From TPA_inf: Saccharomyces (lineage: Eukaryota): a stretch of DNA of 64,000 nucleotides. The position numbers were made by a program, and so were the translations under genes. Position 1 is the stretch's first letter. Every line of letters starts with the position of its first letter. The DNA is taken from contig BK006941.2 in the NCBI GenBank assembly GCA_000146045.2, positions 128,001 through 192,000 on the forward strand. Reading direction: 5' to 3'. Shown here one piece after another: positions 43,415 through 54,389 of the stretch. Under the pieces are notes generated by a model. The model made no database searches, had not been told where the DNA came from, and worked only from the letters and a program-made list of their open reading frames with translations.

Positions 43415-45079
43415 CTAGGTCAAAGCAGATGTTATGAAGATATTGGCCCCATTGTAGGGATCATCTTCTCTCCGAATTAAGATGCATATTTTTTGAGAAA
43501 GTGCTTCTTCAGGTATATCGTAAGGTGAAGTACTGCTCTCTTCACCTAGAGGTTCCACAGCATCAAACGGATTTACGTACCTTGGGGGTATGAAAGCCGA
43601 ATGTAGGTGGATAGATTCAAACTGGAAGTTTTCTAACCTACAGTAGTTCTTCATACCTCCTATTGGATAGAGGGTGATATTTCCACCTTCGGATTTTTCG
43701 TAGTCAAGATTTCCAGATAAAGTGGTACAAAATACTTCAAAATCACCCTTTCCGTCCCTAGCGCTAGTTGAACCATAAATGAAGTAGCGCCCGTCATCCG
43801 ATATCTCGAGTATTTCTGTATCCTTAGTCACGTTTAAGAACTTAGTTTTAAAAGATACAACCGGGATTTCGGTCAGAATGTCCTCCAGGAACGTATCTGC
43901 TATAACCAGTTGTTGCACATTCTCTTTGTCTGCCATTCCAGATATAAGTATTAGGCCTTTATTATTCAATGCTTTTATGGAAACAACAGATTTTAGGGAA
44001 TTTCTGATAGGTTGATTTCGACTTTCTGATGTCATACCGTTGGTCTTGGAGTACTGTAATGTCATGTTTGTAATATTAGTGAAGACTATTGCCATTGAAT
44101 CACCATTTCTGTAACCTAAATAAAACACACCGGTGTTCGTTTTTTTTAAAGGTGATAAAGCATCTTCTTGTAGACAAAATGATAGGGAAGTAATGTCACT
44201 CCTACTTTTGTGTTTTCTTGAGCTTTTGGCAGGAGAAAAGATATAGGGATTTGGAAAGGTTTCTGGAATCAAATCATAAAAATGACAACGATAATTTACG
44301 GTAATAATCAACGTGTCTCCAACAACAAGAGAATCATGGACTTGGCAATTTTCTTTGAGTTTGACCTGACGAATTTTGAGCAGTTTTAAGGAAGAAAAGT
44401 CTTGTAAAAAGATGGCAAAAGTATGCACGTTAGATCTGGTATTAACGTTGTGATAAAAATAATGGCTCGGCCCTTCCTTGATGGCAACTGTTCTCTCAAG
44501 TTTCATTGTTTTGAACACATCAGTTGGCTCGGACTTATATTTCAACATAGGATTTAATTCAGCCATGGAAAACCCCGTAAAGAAATTTTCTTCAGAAAAA
44601 TTATCCAGGGATGAAAATCCTGCGACATAGCCCTTGTTTGTTGCAAATACTAATTTACTATGAAAACATCCTTCTTGAGTTACCAATAAAATACAATTTG
44701 CTAATACTCCTATCTGTATCCTGTGTGGAAAATTGAGTGATTTTACGTTAGCAGAACTATGTGAGTGATGACCTTCAGTGAGAGAATGCGATGCATACTG
44801 CATATTTAAACCAATCATGTACTTTTCATATGATAAAGGGCGAAAAGCCCTTTCCAACGGATTCAGAAGACTAAGCTTGTACTTTTGTAATGTTTGCTGA
44901 CGTTTTTTTTTAATCATAGAAAATTTTTTATCGTAATTTTCCTCAACACATTGTCGCTTTATATTATCTTTTCTGTACTGGTTCGTCGTTCCCGTGGTAG
45001 AAATGCTTTGATTTTCAGATATGCGAAAATAACGTCGACGTTCTCTATCATAATAAAACCCTGGTAAGTTAGGTGTCAT
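43415..45079 (-). CDS. Uncharacterised fungal protein YGL176C, 554 aa
   Basis: 554-aa ORF with no recognisable catalytic motifs; its position between MPT5 and SAE2 matches YGL176C. Confidence 0.8.
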   Translation of the reverse strand: MTPNLPGFYYDRERRRYFRISENQSISTTGTTNQYRKDNIKRQCVEENYDKKFSMIKKKRQQTLQKYKLSLLNPLERAFRPLSYEKYMIGLNMQYASHSLTEGHHSHSSANVKSLNFPHRIQIGVLANCILLVTQEGCFHSKLVFATNKGYVAGFSSLDNFSEENFFTGFSMAELNPMLKYKSEPTDVFKTMKLERTVAIKEGPSHYFYHNVNTRSNVHTFAIFLQDFSSLKLLKIRQVKLKENCQVHDSLVVGDTLIITVNYRCHFYDLIPETFPNPYIFSPAKSSRKHKSRSDITSLSFCLQEDALSPLKKTNTGVFYLGYRNGDSMAIVFTNITNMTLQYSKTNGMTSESRNQPIRNSLKSVVSIKALNNKGLILISGMADKENVQQLVIADTFLEDILTEIPVVSFKTKFLNVTKDTEILEISDDGRYFIYGSTSARDGKGDFEVFCTTLSGNLDYEKSEGGNITLYPIGGMKNYCRLENFQFESIHLHSAFIPPRYVNPFDAVEPLGEESSTSPYDIPEEALSQKICILIRREDDPYNGANIFITSALT

Positions 45080-45284
45080 TTGTTTAACGTCCGTTAACTT
45101 CCCCTTTCTGCTTTACCAACTGCTGCTTATTTATTCGCCCTTTTTTGTTTTCCATTGTTGTTCATCTCATTGCCTTTTTTTATTTTTCAGTTTTTCCCAT
45201 ATGCCAACGAGGAAAAAAGCCCTTTCAACCATACCAAAAAAAATGTATTTGAAGTAATGAATAAAGAATGATGATCGCTGGCGT

Positions 45285-46322
45285 TTAACATCTAGCATAT
45301 ATCTGCAATAATTTATCACTCCAGAAGAAACATCCATCGTCAACAATTTGATTTAATTGTTCTCTTTTGAATACATATTCTCTCTCGTACGGTGGGATCT
45401 TGTTATTGCTTGCCATTAAAAACCTATATTTTGTCTTTCTTCTGATGATTTCCTGGGATTTCTTTTTGTCCTCGTTCCCTTCCTGAGTGGAGGGAAAATC
45501 CAGTCTTCCAAAACCTGGGGGGGATTTTGATCTATTCCTCAAGTTATCAAACGCAAATTCGTAGTCCGAATTTTGCGATTCTATAACTACTGACAATGAT
45601 CTGTGTTTAGAATCCTCTGGCTTTCCAACTTGGGCATAAAATCGCTCCAATTTTCTTCTTCCTCTCTTAACCGGGGCGATATCTTCATTTGGTCTAAAGT
45701 CTTCGAGAATCCAGGCTCGCTTTGTTAAAGGGTTCGTATTGAAGTCAAACAGGAAATTATCCTTAACATTTTTGTATAAATTTGGCGATGTAGATTCAGG
45801 GTTCTCGAGCTCTATTCCCAATAGTTTTCTTGTTTTGTTCTCTTTATCATTATCTTTTTCGTGGATTACAGTATCAGAGCAATCTTCCAAATCGCTTAAG
45901 TTGTTGAGGCCATTTAAAGGCGAACTAAACTCCGAAATTTTCCGTTTATGCCTATTAGGTGGCATAGTAACCAGCGGTAACTGCACAGTGTGTTTATTTT
46001 CATTACGATAGTGAACCTCTGCTGATTCTTTCTTTATGTCCTCATCAAACTGAGTAAGGATGAAATCTTCAGAATCTTGCTCACCTGGCCCCGCAGACGT
46101 CTGAGAGGATTGTTGAGGAGCATTTTTTTCGTGACATAGAATTTCAGCCAGTTTACTGTTAGGTTCTTCGAGAACACATTTATTCCGATTTTGCAGTGCT
46201 TGAACACGTTTCGCGATTAAGGTAGTCACGTCATACTGCACATTTAGTAGTTCATCGAGACTGAGCTCCTTGAGAATGGATAAGCTTGACTTTAGATACA
46301 CATTTTCTTCACCAGTCACCAT
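45285..46322 (-). CDS. SAE2: DNA end-resection endonuclease cofactor Sae2 (CtIP orthologue), 345 aa. It starts at the ATG encoding MVTGEENVYLK...; the track ORF begins 5 codons earlier at a GTG.
   Basis: The 345-aa length and sequence are recognisable as Sae2. 'cat' at 46320-46322 on the plus strand gives the ATG. Confidence 0.9.
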   Translation of the reverse strand: MVTGEENVYLKSSLSILKELSLDELLNVQYDVTTLIAKRVQALQNRNKCVLEEPNSKLAEILCHEKNAPQQSSQTSAGPGEQDSEDFILTQFDEDIKKESAEVHYRNENKHTVQLPLVTMPPNRHKRKISEFSSPLNGLNNLSDLEDCSDTVIHEKDNDKENKTRKLLGIELENPESTSPNLYKNVKDNFLFDFNTNPLTKRAWILEDFRPNEDIAPVKRGRRKLERFYAQVGKPEDSKHRSLSVVIESQNSDYEFAFDNLRNRSKSPPGFGRLDFPSTQEGNEDKKKSQEIIRRKTKYRFLMASNNKIPPYEREYVFKREQLNQIVDDGCFFWSDKLLQIYARC

Positions 46323-46544
46323 CTCACATACAAACACCTAATGGCTTACAGCATGGATGGAAATGCAGGTATGTGAACGATAACAATGTTTGCAAACGTA
46401 AACAAAAAAGGTATTAAAGCTTAAAAGCTTTTTTTTTGTAGAACGCGCTTAGAAAATGGCATAAAGAAAATGGCTATTTGACTTGATTTTGAAAGTTGTT
46501 CTCAAGACTCGAATGGTGGAAGATAACAACAGGACGTTTATTAC

Positions 46545-47345
46545 ATGGCATTGCATCAGTATTTATCAGAGACTTATGGGCCCACGAAACCCAAAAATAA
46601 GACGAAAAAGAAGAAGAAAGAGTCAAAATCAGACGCTAACTCAGACAAAACTTCTTTGATAGTAAAAGAACGGCTAAGTACACTGCAACAAGAACAGGAG
46701 AAGTCAGGAGTTGCTTCATTCAGCAAGTTTGACAAACAAAAAAGCAAGAATATATGGAAGAACCTGGAAACAAACGAGCTTTCCCATGCAATAACACATC
46801 CTTCCGCATCGTCAATTACTGGCAACGAAAGCAAGAACGATCTAAAGGAAATCAGGGCTCAAGAGCCACTTGTCACAGTAGCAGACAAATCGAAAACACG
46901 AAAAACCATATACAGAGACGCTCAAGGTCACAAGATTCAGGAAGATTCCAAGATAGACGATTCTAGTTTTAGTCGATCTAAATATGAAGATGAGAAAGCC
47001 GCGGAAAGAGAGCAATACCTGAAAAATTTGAATATGGGAGACGTGCAAAAGCTTGGAATAAATGTAGATGCACATGATAAGAAGAAAAATCAAACTGCCT
47101 CGAGTCTGACGATAGAAGACCCTGCAATAACATTTACACATGACAAAGAAAGAACTGTAAAAACATCTTTACTGGGCCGCAAGCTTTATGATAAGCCAGC
47201 ACCTGAGAACAGGTTTGCCATTATGCCTGGGTCAAGATGGGACGGTGTCCACAGATCAAATGGCTTTGAAGAAAAATGGTTTGCTAAGCAAAATGAGATC
47301 AATGAGAAGAAAGTGCAAAGCTACACCCTACAGGAGGATTATTGA
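46545..47345 (+). CDS. BUD13: RES-complex splicing factor Bud13, 266 aa
   Basis: 266-aa Lys-rich ORF with a conserved C-terminal Bud13 domain. Confidence 0.9.
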   Translation: MALHQYLSETYGPTKPKNKTKKKKKESKSDANSDKTSLIVKERLSTLQQEQEKSGVASFSKFDKQKSKNIWKNLETNELSHAITHPSASSITGNESKNDLKEIRAQEPLVTVADKSKTRKTIYRDAQGHKIQEDSKIDDSSFSRSKYEDEKAAEREQYLKNLNMGDVQKLGINVDAHDKKKNQTASSLTIEDPAITFTHDKERTVKTSLLGRKLYDKPAPENRFAIMPGSRWDGVHRSNGFEEKWFAKQNEINEKKVQSYTLQEDY

Positions 47346-47526
47346 AAATGAGATAATATATAACTATGCGGAAAGCTTTGTGTAAAAAATACCCTTTGAC
47401 AATCCCCATTTGTTATAAGCTTTTTCTTAACAAGATCAACGATTAAATACAAATACCCCTCTTTATATAGGTCTCAGATATACTATTAAAGTAACCTCGA
47501 ATATACTTCGTTTTTAGTCGTATGTT

Positions 47527-50500
47527 CTAAGTAGATTCGTCTTTTTTATTATCACGGTCAGCAGCATTGCTTTGTGACTTTGGCGATTGACATTCAGTAG
47601 AGTTTGTGCCAGAAGAAGGTTTAATCTCGCCTTTCCTACTGTTCTTTGTTTCTCCCCCAATAGTTGAACCATTGCTGTGCTGTTTACCATTAATGAATTT
47701 TTTCAAATCTTGGCTTTCCTTTTCATTGACAACAATACGACTTCCTTGATCTGAAACATTTGTCATAGGAGGTGGAGGTGGGAAGGAAATCGGTTGTCCA
47801 AACCCATGTGGTGCTGGTGGCGGAATAGACATTCCATTCATATTAGGGTAAGGCATCTGGTGAGGGTGTAATGGGTGAAGACCATTAGGATGCGTCATAA
47901 AACCTGGGGGAATATTGTACGGCAAACCAACATCTGCAACATCATTCGCTCCAGGAATAGGACCCCCAACCACATTCATTGGGTGAGGTGGAGTTGGGAT
48001 ATTCAAATTACTGCCTATACCATCAGAATATTGATTTGCAACGGCATTGAAAATAGATCCAGCAACAGTTGGATTATCAAGCGGTGCTTTTTCAAAATTG
48101 GCCAAATCAACTTGCACGTTTTCACTGCTTTTCTGAGCTGGTCTTTTTAACAAAACTTTCTTTGCGGGTTTGGAATCTTTTTGCGATCCCATGCTCTTGT
48201 TGTCTACACTTTCAGAATTCTTTTCATTGGTATCCTTTTTGATAAAATTCAATAAATCATGTGCCCTTTCTTTTCTCAGTTTTTCTTCAGATTGTTGCTT
48301 TGAAGGAGTCTTGTGAGCAGTTTTGGTATTATTGTTCCTATTGTTAGATTGCTTTTTCTTTTCCAAAGCCTTTTTGGAAGCCTTGGAGTGATAAATGAAC
48401 TGCCTGTTAGTAATATTCAATAAGAAAGAGGCATCAAGCCCTAAGCCTCTATTCGTGCGCAACCTGCCGCCAAAATTATTACCGGCCACGATTTCATGAT
48501 CAAATAAGACCTGAATTGATAATGATGAACTGAGAGTAGTATAGCCAACAACTGTACCCTTTGAGAAAATTGGTACCTTACCAGAATCTTGGATATAAAC
48601 AACACGGTCACCCAAATCGAACTTTTGACTACGTAAGAGTGCAAATGATGATCTTGGATTCAAAACAGCCTCACGAGGAACTTTGGCTAACTGTTTTCTT
48701 TCATGACCTTCGATGTTAGCTGCGTATTTCATGATATGATCTTCCACGGCAGCAATCGATGTCTTAGTTAAGGAGTCAGACTCCAAAGATACCGCGATAA
48801 ACTTCGATGAGACATACTTTAGCCATTGTTTGATACCATCTAATAAATTCATGGCATCCTTAGTGGAAGTATCGGGGAAAAGATCTTCCAAAACTGGGAT
48901 ATCATTACCTACCTTGGACAACCTGAAAAAAAAATCTGGGAAAGTTTGTCTATACTCTTTCAGTAAATTTAGAGTTAAATTTGAGTATTCCCAGCCCCTA
49001 GGGTTCCTCCTCGCGTAACCTAAAACCTTTTGGTGTCTAGCTTCGAACTTAACCGGGATACCAACATTGATATGCTTCCCAGTAGCGTCAGTAATCATGA
49101 ACTTGGAAGTAATCTTAGACAAAAACAAGGGGTGTAAGTGCATGTTCTTGGACACAATATAAGACGGATAATATTTAACGGCTTGATGATCCATTTGTAA
49201 CCTTTCTTTGCCGATGGTGGGCTCACTATCCAAAAACTTCTTTTCTACAGTAATTTTTAGTCTGCGGTCACTGCTGTAACCGTCAATAGTAGTTTCACCA
49301 CCATAGGCATAATCACCTAAGAAAATAACTTTTGAATTCAATGGAAATTCCTCTTCAATAGGAATGGGTCCTCTTTCTTTATATCTTTCATCCTCGTTGA
49401 CAACAGATTCAACAACCAGTTGCAATGGATAGTAATCTGGGGTAGGGCTAAAGGTCTTAATATAACCACCATCAGAGTCTCTCACCAAACCAGTCACTGG
49501 AAAGACGGTAGCAATGGCTTCCATAGGTCCTATTTTAACAGCTTTCTGTTTAGCATACATCCTTAGCATTGAATTCTTCAAACTATTGAAAAGTTTTTTG
49601 TCCTGGGTTTCCGCAGGCTTCGTTATGAATCCGAACTTTTTCTTATCATTGGACTCCTGATATTCATAGATAGTCTTACCATCCGTTAAAGAGACCAATT
49701 TGGATTCTCTTAAATATGGCCATCTTGTATAAATCACTTTGTTTAAATGCCTCTTGGAAAAGTCCTCCAAAGTAACATTATTCGTTTTGTATATGTCAGT
49801 TATTTGTAAGACCATTGATTGTTGTTTAGAAGGTTGTTGGAAAACCATTGTCTCATTGTACTCCAGTGAACTAGTAAATGGTAAAGACAATAACGTGGGG
49901 AAACCCGCCAGCATTTCGGCACCGAGTTTAGCATTAGGTAATAAACCATACCGAATCTCGGAGCTGTCCAATGGGATGGTGATGTACTCTTTTTCGACAC
50001 AATGATTGTGTTCAATATCAGAAAAAATGCCGCCCAACGGACTCTTATAAAGGTTATCAACTTGAGGATTAAAGGAATATATCAAGTCCTTGCCAAATTG
50101 ATTTCTCGTTTTTTCTTCAGGTGATAACTTGCGCAAATAAGGTTGCATAGCCTCAATCAACCTTTTTTCATCTACAAACGATATCAAAACCACAGCTTCC
50201 CAATCAGCTGTCTTGCCGTTTTTATCAAGTTGAACCTCAGCGGGATAGAAATCGTGGATTGGCGACTGTTCATCGTACATTAATGGCCTAAAGGCGGGAG
50301 GTATCAGATTTTTGGACCTTTCCGGTAAAACTGCCATTAGTTGCTGGAATGGAGTAAATGGTTTGCTCAAATCAAATTCAATGTCTTGATCTAAACCCTT
50401 GGCTAAGTCGGAGATTCTTGGTGCATAATGGTGCGGATAGTACCACGACCAAGATGGACATCCTCTATAATAATAATATAGAACCCATTGTAAACCTTCA

Positions 50501-52113
50501 ACGTAGTCTTTAGCAAGATCTCTCACTTTTTCTTCACTGTCTGTCGTAAATTTTAACTTGTCGTGATAATACTCATGCTTCCAACGTTCAAACCTTTCAT
50601 TATAAATCGTTTTTTCAGTTTCCAATTCTTCTTTGTCCTCCACGATGATAGCATTTTGATATTTTTTTATTGTTTTCCTGATAGAATTAACACGATTTTG
50701 AAATTCTTCTTCTGTTTCATCAGGATTAATAGAATCAAGATCCATTTTTAGCGAATAACTACCTTTGGATTTGGAATGCGTTATAAAAAGACCCAAATCA
50801 AAAGCGAATTCTTTTAAAAATTCTAAATGATCTTTCATGTCTAAGTCCTTAGGTAACTCTAAAGTTGGAATTTCTTCATCTGGTAAATCAGGCGATAATT
50901 TTTCCTGTAATTGCTCCATCAACCATGGTTTTATACTTCCAATTAATTTCTTCTGTTGTTTTACCAGTAATTTTTTACCAACCCTCTGTCTTTTCCTTTC
51001 ACCCTCCAAAGAAATATTCTCTAATTGCTTGTTGAACCACTCAACGTCTATATCATCCTTTTCGAAATTTAATAACTCAAATTGAGACAGATAATTTAAC
51101 CAGACACCTAATCTCTTTAAATTTATTTTACCATGTTCATTAATGTAGCCATCAGTATGTAAAAGAGCTTCTTTGAACGTTTGTAACAAAACGGGAAATG
51201 CTCCTTTGTTAAGGTGCAAATCTGGCAAATTGGGCAAGAAATCATTACCAATGACGAACATGACAAGAATAAAATCATCCAAAATACGTTCAAAATTGTA
51301 TTCAAATTGCATTTCATCGGCAATTTCTTTGAATTCCAACTCCATGTATTCTCTTAATAAAGAAAGATGTAATAAGTAGAAATTTTGATGTTCAAGCGAT
51401 TTTTTTTCACTATTTCTTCTACCAAATGTCACTTCTTCTCTCAATAACGCAAAATGTGGCCCATGAGTAGACAAACCCAGCATAATCAAATCTGCGTCAA
51501 GACCGTAAATACAATGTCTCGTATTCTGGTTGAAATCCTTTTGGGATTTTAAATGCCTTATAAAGTTCATGATCTTGTGTTCACCTTCACCTGGAACTTC
51601 ATGGCCAGAAAATATGATTTGCACTTCCCTCCATTTGGAATCGTTAGAAATCTTGTCGTGAATAAAATATTGTAAGTTTTTGGTCAATTTGGCCATAAAC
51701 TCCGTACCTGGAGTAATAGAATTCGAATCAAATGGCTCACCCTTAGGAATCTCGTCACCATTCTCAATAGCCTTCTTCAAGGCTTTTTCTGCATCCATAG
51801 CGGTTCTGAATCTACGAGCTCTTTGTTGATTCATCTTGGCACGAGGGGCCACACCATCAATAGCCATGTAGAAAATCTTCTTGGGCTTGATTGTTTGAAA
51901 AAGGTGATCGATATACGTACAGATTTTTGCAAAAACCTCTTCTTCAGTTAATCGCTTGGTTACATCATCGTCGTTACCATGCGTACAATTATGTAAAATC
52001 GAATTCATATCCAGGTATAAGTTATCAAACTCAGGAATCTGTGTTCCCTCAATAAGCTGTAAAATCATGGGCCATCTTTCTGAGATGTACCTGAAAAATT
52101 TTGGAATACCCAT
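47527..52113 (-). CDS. XRN1: Cytoplasmic 5'-3' exoribonuclease Xrn1 (Kem1), 1528 aa
   Basis: N-terminal XRN catalytic domains (MGIPKFFRYISERWP...); the 1528-aa length matches. Confidence 0.95.
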   Translation of the reverse strand: MGIPKFFRYISERWPMILQLIEGTQIPEFDNLYLDMNSILHNCTHGNDDDVTKRLTEEEVFAKICTYIDHLFQTIKPKKIFYMAIDGVAPRAKMNQQRARRFRTAMDAEKALKKAIENGDEIPKGEPFDSNSITPGTEFMAKLTKNLQYFIHDKISNDSKWREVQIIFSGHEVPGEGEHKIMNFIRHLKSQKDFNQNTRHCIYGLDADLIMLGLSTHGPHFALLREEVTFGRRNSEKKSLEHQNFYLLHLSLLREYMELEFKEIADEMQFEYNFERILDDFILVMFVIGNDFLPNLPDLHLNKGAFPVLLQTFKEALLHTDGYINEHGKINLKRLGVWLNYLSQFELLNFEKDDIDVEWFNKQLENISLEGERKRQRVGKKLLVKQQKKLIGSIKPWLMEQLQEKLSPDLPDEEIPTLELPKDLDMKDHLEFLKEFAFDLGLFITHSKSKGSYSLKMDLDSINPDETEEEFQNRVNSIRKTIKKYQNAIIVEDKEELETEKTIYNERFERWKHEYYHDKLKFTTDSEEKVRDLAKDYVEGLQWVLYYYYRGCPSWSWYYPHHYAPRISDLAKGLDQDIEFDLSKPFTPFQQLMAVLPERSKNLIPPAFRPLMYDEQSPIHDFYPAEVQLDKNGKTADWEAVVLISFVDEKRLIEAMQPYLRKLSPEEKTRNQFGKDLIYSFNPQVDNLYKSPLGGIFSDIEHNHCVEKEYITIPLDSSEIRYGLLPNAKLGAEMLAGFPTLLSLPFTSSLEYNETMVFQQPSKQQSMVLQITDIYKTNNVTLEDFSKRHLNKVIYTRWPYLRESKLVSLTDGKTIYEYQESNDKKKFGFITKPAETQDKKLFNSLKNSMLRMYAKQKAVKIGPMEAIATVFPVTGLVRDSDGGYIKTFSPTPDYYPLQLVVESVVNEDERYKERGPIPIEEEFPLNSKVIFLGDYAYGGETTIDGYSSDRRLKITVEKKFLDSEPTIGKERLQMDHQAVKYYPSYIVSKNMHLHPLFLSKITSKFMITDATGKHINVGIPVKFEARHQKVLGYARRNPRGWEYSNLTLNLLKEYRQTFPDFFFRLSKVGNDIPVLEDLFPDTSTKDAMNLLDGIKQWLKYVSSKFIAVSLESDSLTKTSIAAVEDHIMKYAANIEGHERKQLAKVPREAVLNPRSSFALLRSQKFDLGDRVVYIQDSGKVPIFSKGTVVGYTTLSSSLSIQVLFDHEIVAGNNFGGRLRTNRGLGLDASFLLNITNRQFIYHSKASKKALEKKKQSNNRNNNTKTAHKTPSKQQSEEKLRKERAHDLLNFIKKDTNEKNSESVDNKSMGSQKDSKPAKKVLLKRPAQKSSENVQVDLANFEKAPLDNPTVAGSIFNAVANQYSDGIGSNLNIPTPPHPMNVVGGPIPGANDVADVGLPYNIPPGFMTHPNGLHPLHPHQMPYPNMNGMSIPPPAPHGFGQPISFPPPPPMTNVSDQGSRIVVNEKESQDLKKFINGKQHSNGSTIGGETKNSRKGEIKPSSGTNSTECQSPKSQSNAADRDNKKDEST

Positions 52114-52699
52114 ACCGTACTGATATATATTTGTTGCTGCTGTTGTTACAAGTGTTGATTTTTTTTCTCCTTATAGTACACGAATCGTCCTAGGATTAGT
52201 CAATTGCTTATTGTGAACCCGATTATAAGTACGGAAGAAGACAGTATCCTTTAGAAAATAAACTATTAACAGGAACGGAAATAAAAGGCAGAGAGAAAAT
52301 AATAAAAGAATCGGTTCGCTTGTGCGAACGCCAAACAGATTTTATAATAACGGAAGAGCTGCTGAAAAAAAAAGCAAGCTGCAACTGTTATATTTGCGTA
52401 GATAAACTTTACAACCGGTAATTGGAAGTCGTAAGTACTTAGTTTGACGTTTTCAGTACTCGTTAAACTACTCCTTAAATTGCTTTCTAACCTCTTCTTG
52501 TTTGTCTCTGTTGTTACTTGCTCTGCGGTGGCGAAAAGACGAGCAAAGGAGGTTGTATATATCACTCAACACGGAATGTATTACAGCTTTCTCAAATAAA
52601 TGTAGTTGAAAAAGACCATTAATCGTGAGAATAGTTACTGATCAGGTGATGAGACGATAAAAACAGTAATTGAGAGGGTTTTCACGGGTAGTGGGCACA

Positions 52700-54118
52700 A
52701 TGTTTGGATTAAATAAAGCATCTTCGACACCTGCAGGTGGGCTCTTTGGTCAGGCCAGCGGAGCTAGCACTGGAAACGCGAATACTGGGTTTTCGTTTGG
52801 TGGGACTCAAACTGGACAAAACACCGGCCCAAGTACAGGTGGACTATTTGGCGCTAAACCAGCCGGATCTACAGGAGGATTAGGTGCATCATTTGGTCAG
52901 CAGCAACAACAATCTCAGACAAATGCATTTGGAGGAAGCGCCACCACCGGAGGGGGCCTTTTCGGTAACAAACCTAACAATACGGCGAACACTGGGGGCG
53001 GGTTATTTGGCGCTAATTCGAACAGTAATTCTGGCAGTTTGTTTGGTTCCAACAATGCACAGACGAGTCGTGGTTTGTTTGGTAATAATAACACTAATAA
53101 TATCAATAATAGTAGTAGTGGCATGAATAATGCAAGCGCTGGACTATTTGGCTCTAAACCTGCAGGAGGCACTTCTTTGTTCGGTAATACAAGCACCTCT
53201 TCGGCCCCTGCGCAGAACCAGGGCATGTTTGGTGCAAAACCAGCTGGTACATCTCTATTCGGCAATAATGCAGGTAATACGACCACTGGTGGAGGGTTAT
53301 TTGGCTCCAAACCGACAGGAGCAACGTCTTTGTTTGGTTCATCAAATAACAACAACAATAACAATAATAGTAACAACATCATGAGTGCGTCAGGCGGGCT
53401 ATTTGGTAATCAGCAGCAGCAACTGCAGCAACAACCACAAATGCAGTGCGCATTGCAAAATCTATCTCAGCTCCCTATTACCCCAATGACACGGATTTCC
53501 GAATTACCACCTCAAATACGTCAAGAAATTGAACAACTAGATCAATATATTCAAAAACAAGTGCAGATCTCGCACCATTTGAAGGCCGATACAATCGATC
53601 ATGATGAATTGATAGATTCCATTCCTCGTGATGTTGCATACCTACTGAAGTCAGAATCTGCAACAAGTCAATATTTAAAGCAAGATTTGAAGAAAATATC
53701 CTCATTTAAATCGCTAATCGATGAGGACCTTCTAGACACGCAAACTTTTTCGGTGCTCTTACAGCAACTATTAACTCCGGGAAGCAAAATTTCTTCTAAT
53801 GACTTAGACAAATTCTTTCAAAAGAAAATTCATCTCTACGAGAAGAAGTTAGAGGATTACTGCCGTATTCTCTCTGATATAGAAACTGCGGTAAATGGCA
53901 TTGATACAGATTTATTTGGCGCCCCAAATAACCCTAATTCTACAGCTATCACAGCAGATCTAGGTTCATCCGAAGCAGAGAACCTACTGCAGTTGAAGAC
54001 AGGCTTAGCTGCCATAGTCTCTACTGTCATTGAGGAATTCACACTGTTTATGGATATCGCTGAGAGAATCGCCGTGTTACATCAAAAAACGAAAACACTG
54101 GCATCATTGAGCATATGA
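52700..54118 (+). CDS. NUP49: GLFG nucleoporin Nup49, 472 aa. It starts at the ATG encoding MFGLNKASS...; the track ORF starts 10 codons earlier at a TTG.
   Basis: N-terminal GLFG/SLFG repeats and a C-terminal coiled-coil. Confidence 0.92.
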   Translation: MFGLNKASSTPAGGLFGQASGASTGNANTGFSFGGTQTGQNTGPSTGGLFGAKPAGSTGGLGASFGQQQQQSQTNAFGGSATTGGGLFGNKPNNTANTGGGLFGANSNSNSGSLFGSNNAQTSRGLFGNNNTNNINNSSSGMNNASAGLFGSKPAGGTSLFGNTSTSSAPAQNQGMFGAKPAGTSLFGNNAGNTTTGGGLFGSKPTGATSLFGSSNNNNNNNNSNNIMSASGGLFGNQQQQLQQQPQMQCALQNLSQLPITPMTRISELPPQIRQEIEQLDQYIQKQVQISHHLKADTIDHDELIDSIPRDVAYLLKSESATSQYLKQDLKKISSFKSLIDEDLLDTQTFSVLLQQLLTPGSKISSNDLDKFFQKKIHLYEKKLEDYCRILSDIETAVNGIDTDLFGAPNNPNSTAITADLGSSEAENLLQLKTGLAAIVSTVIEEFTLFMDIAERIAVLHQKTKTLASLSI

Positions 54119-54270
54119 GTAAATCGCCCTGAAAGTTTATATAGTGCGTATAACAAGTACAAATGTCTTGTACAAATGTAATTTATACTAAATGCAATAG
54201 AATATAACATCAATCACAGTTTTTCAGTCACCATAATGGCGTCTTAGAGGCCGAACTAACTTTTCTTCGT

Positions 54271-54293
54271 GAAAAATTTTTTGCGATGAGATG
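54271..54293. promoter_or_regulatory. RRPE (GAAAAATTTTTT) immediately followed by PAC (GCGATGAGATG), about 100 bp upstream of the ROK1 ATG
   Basis: Both ribosome-biogenesis regulon elements are read in sequence, adjacent in the typical arrangement; ROK1 is an rRNA-processing helicase. Confidence 0.6.
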
Positions 54294-54389
54294 GGAAGGA
54301 AAAAAAGTAATATTGACATCTTCAATTGAGAGATATTACCTGCAAAAAGGTACATACGATAGTAGAAGTTATCGAACAGGCAAGCCACC

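Noticed and set aside
46338-46544. MCB-like AACGCGCT and a GGTATGT 5'SS-like string in the SAE2-BUD13 divergent promoter
   Set aside because: A single imperfect MCB; neither gene has an intron or known MBF control. Not distinguishable from chance.
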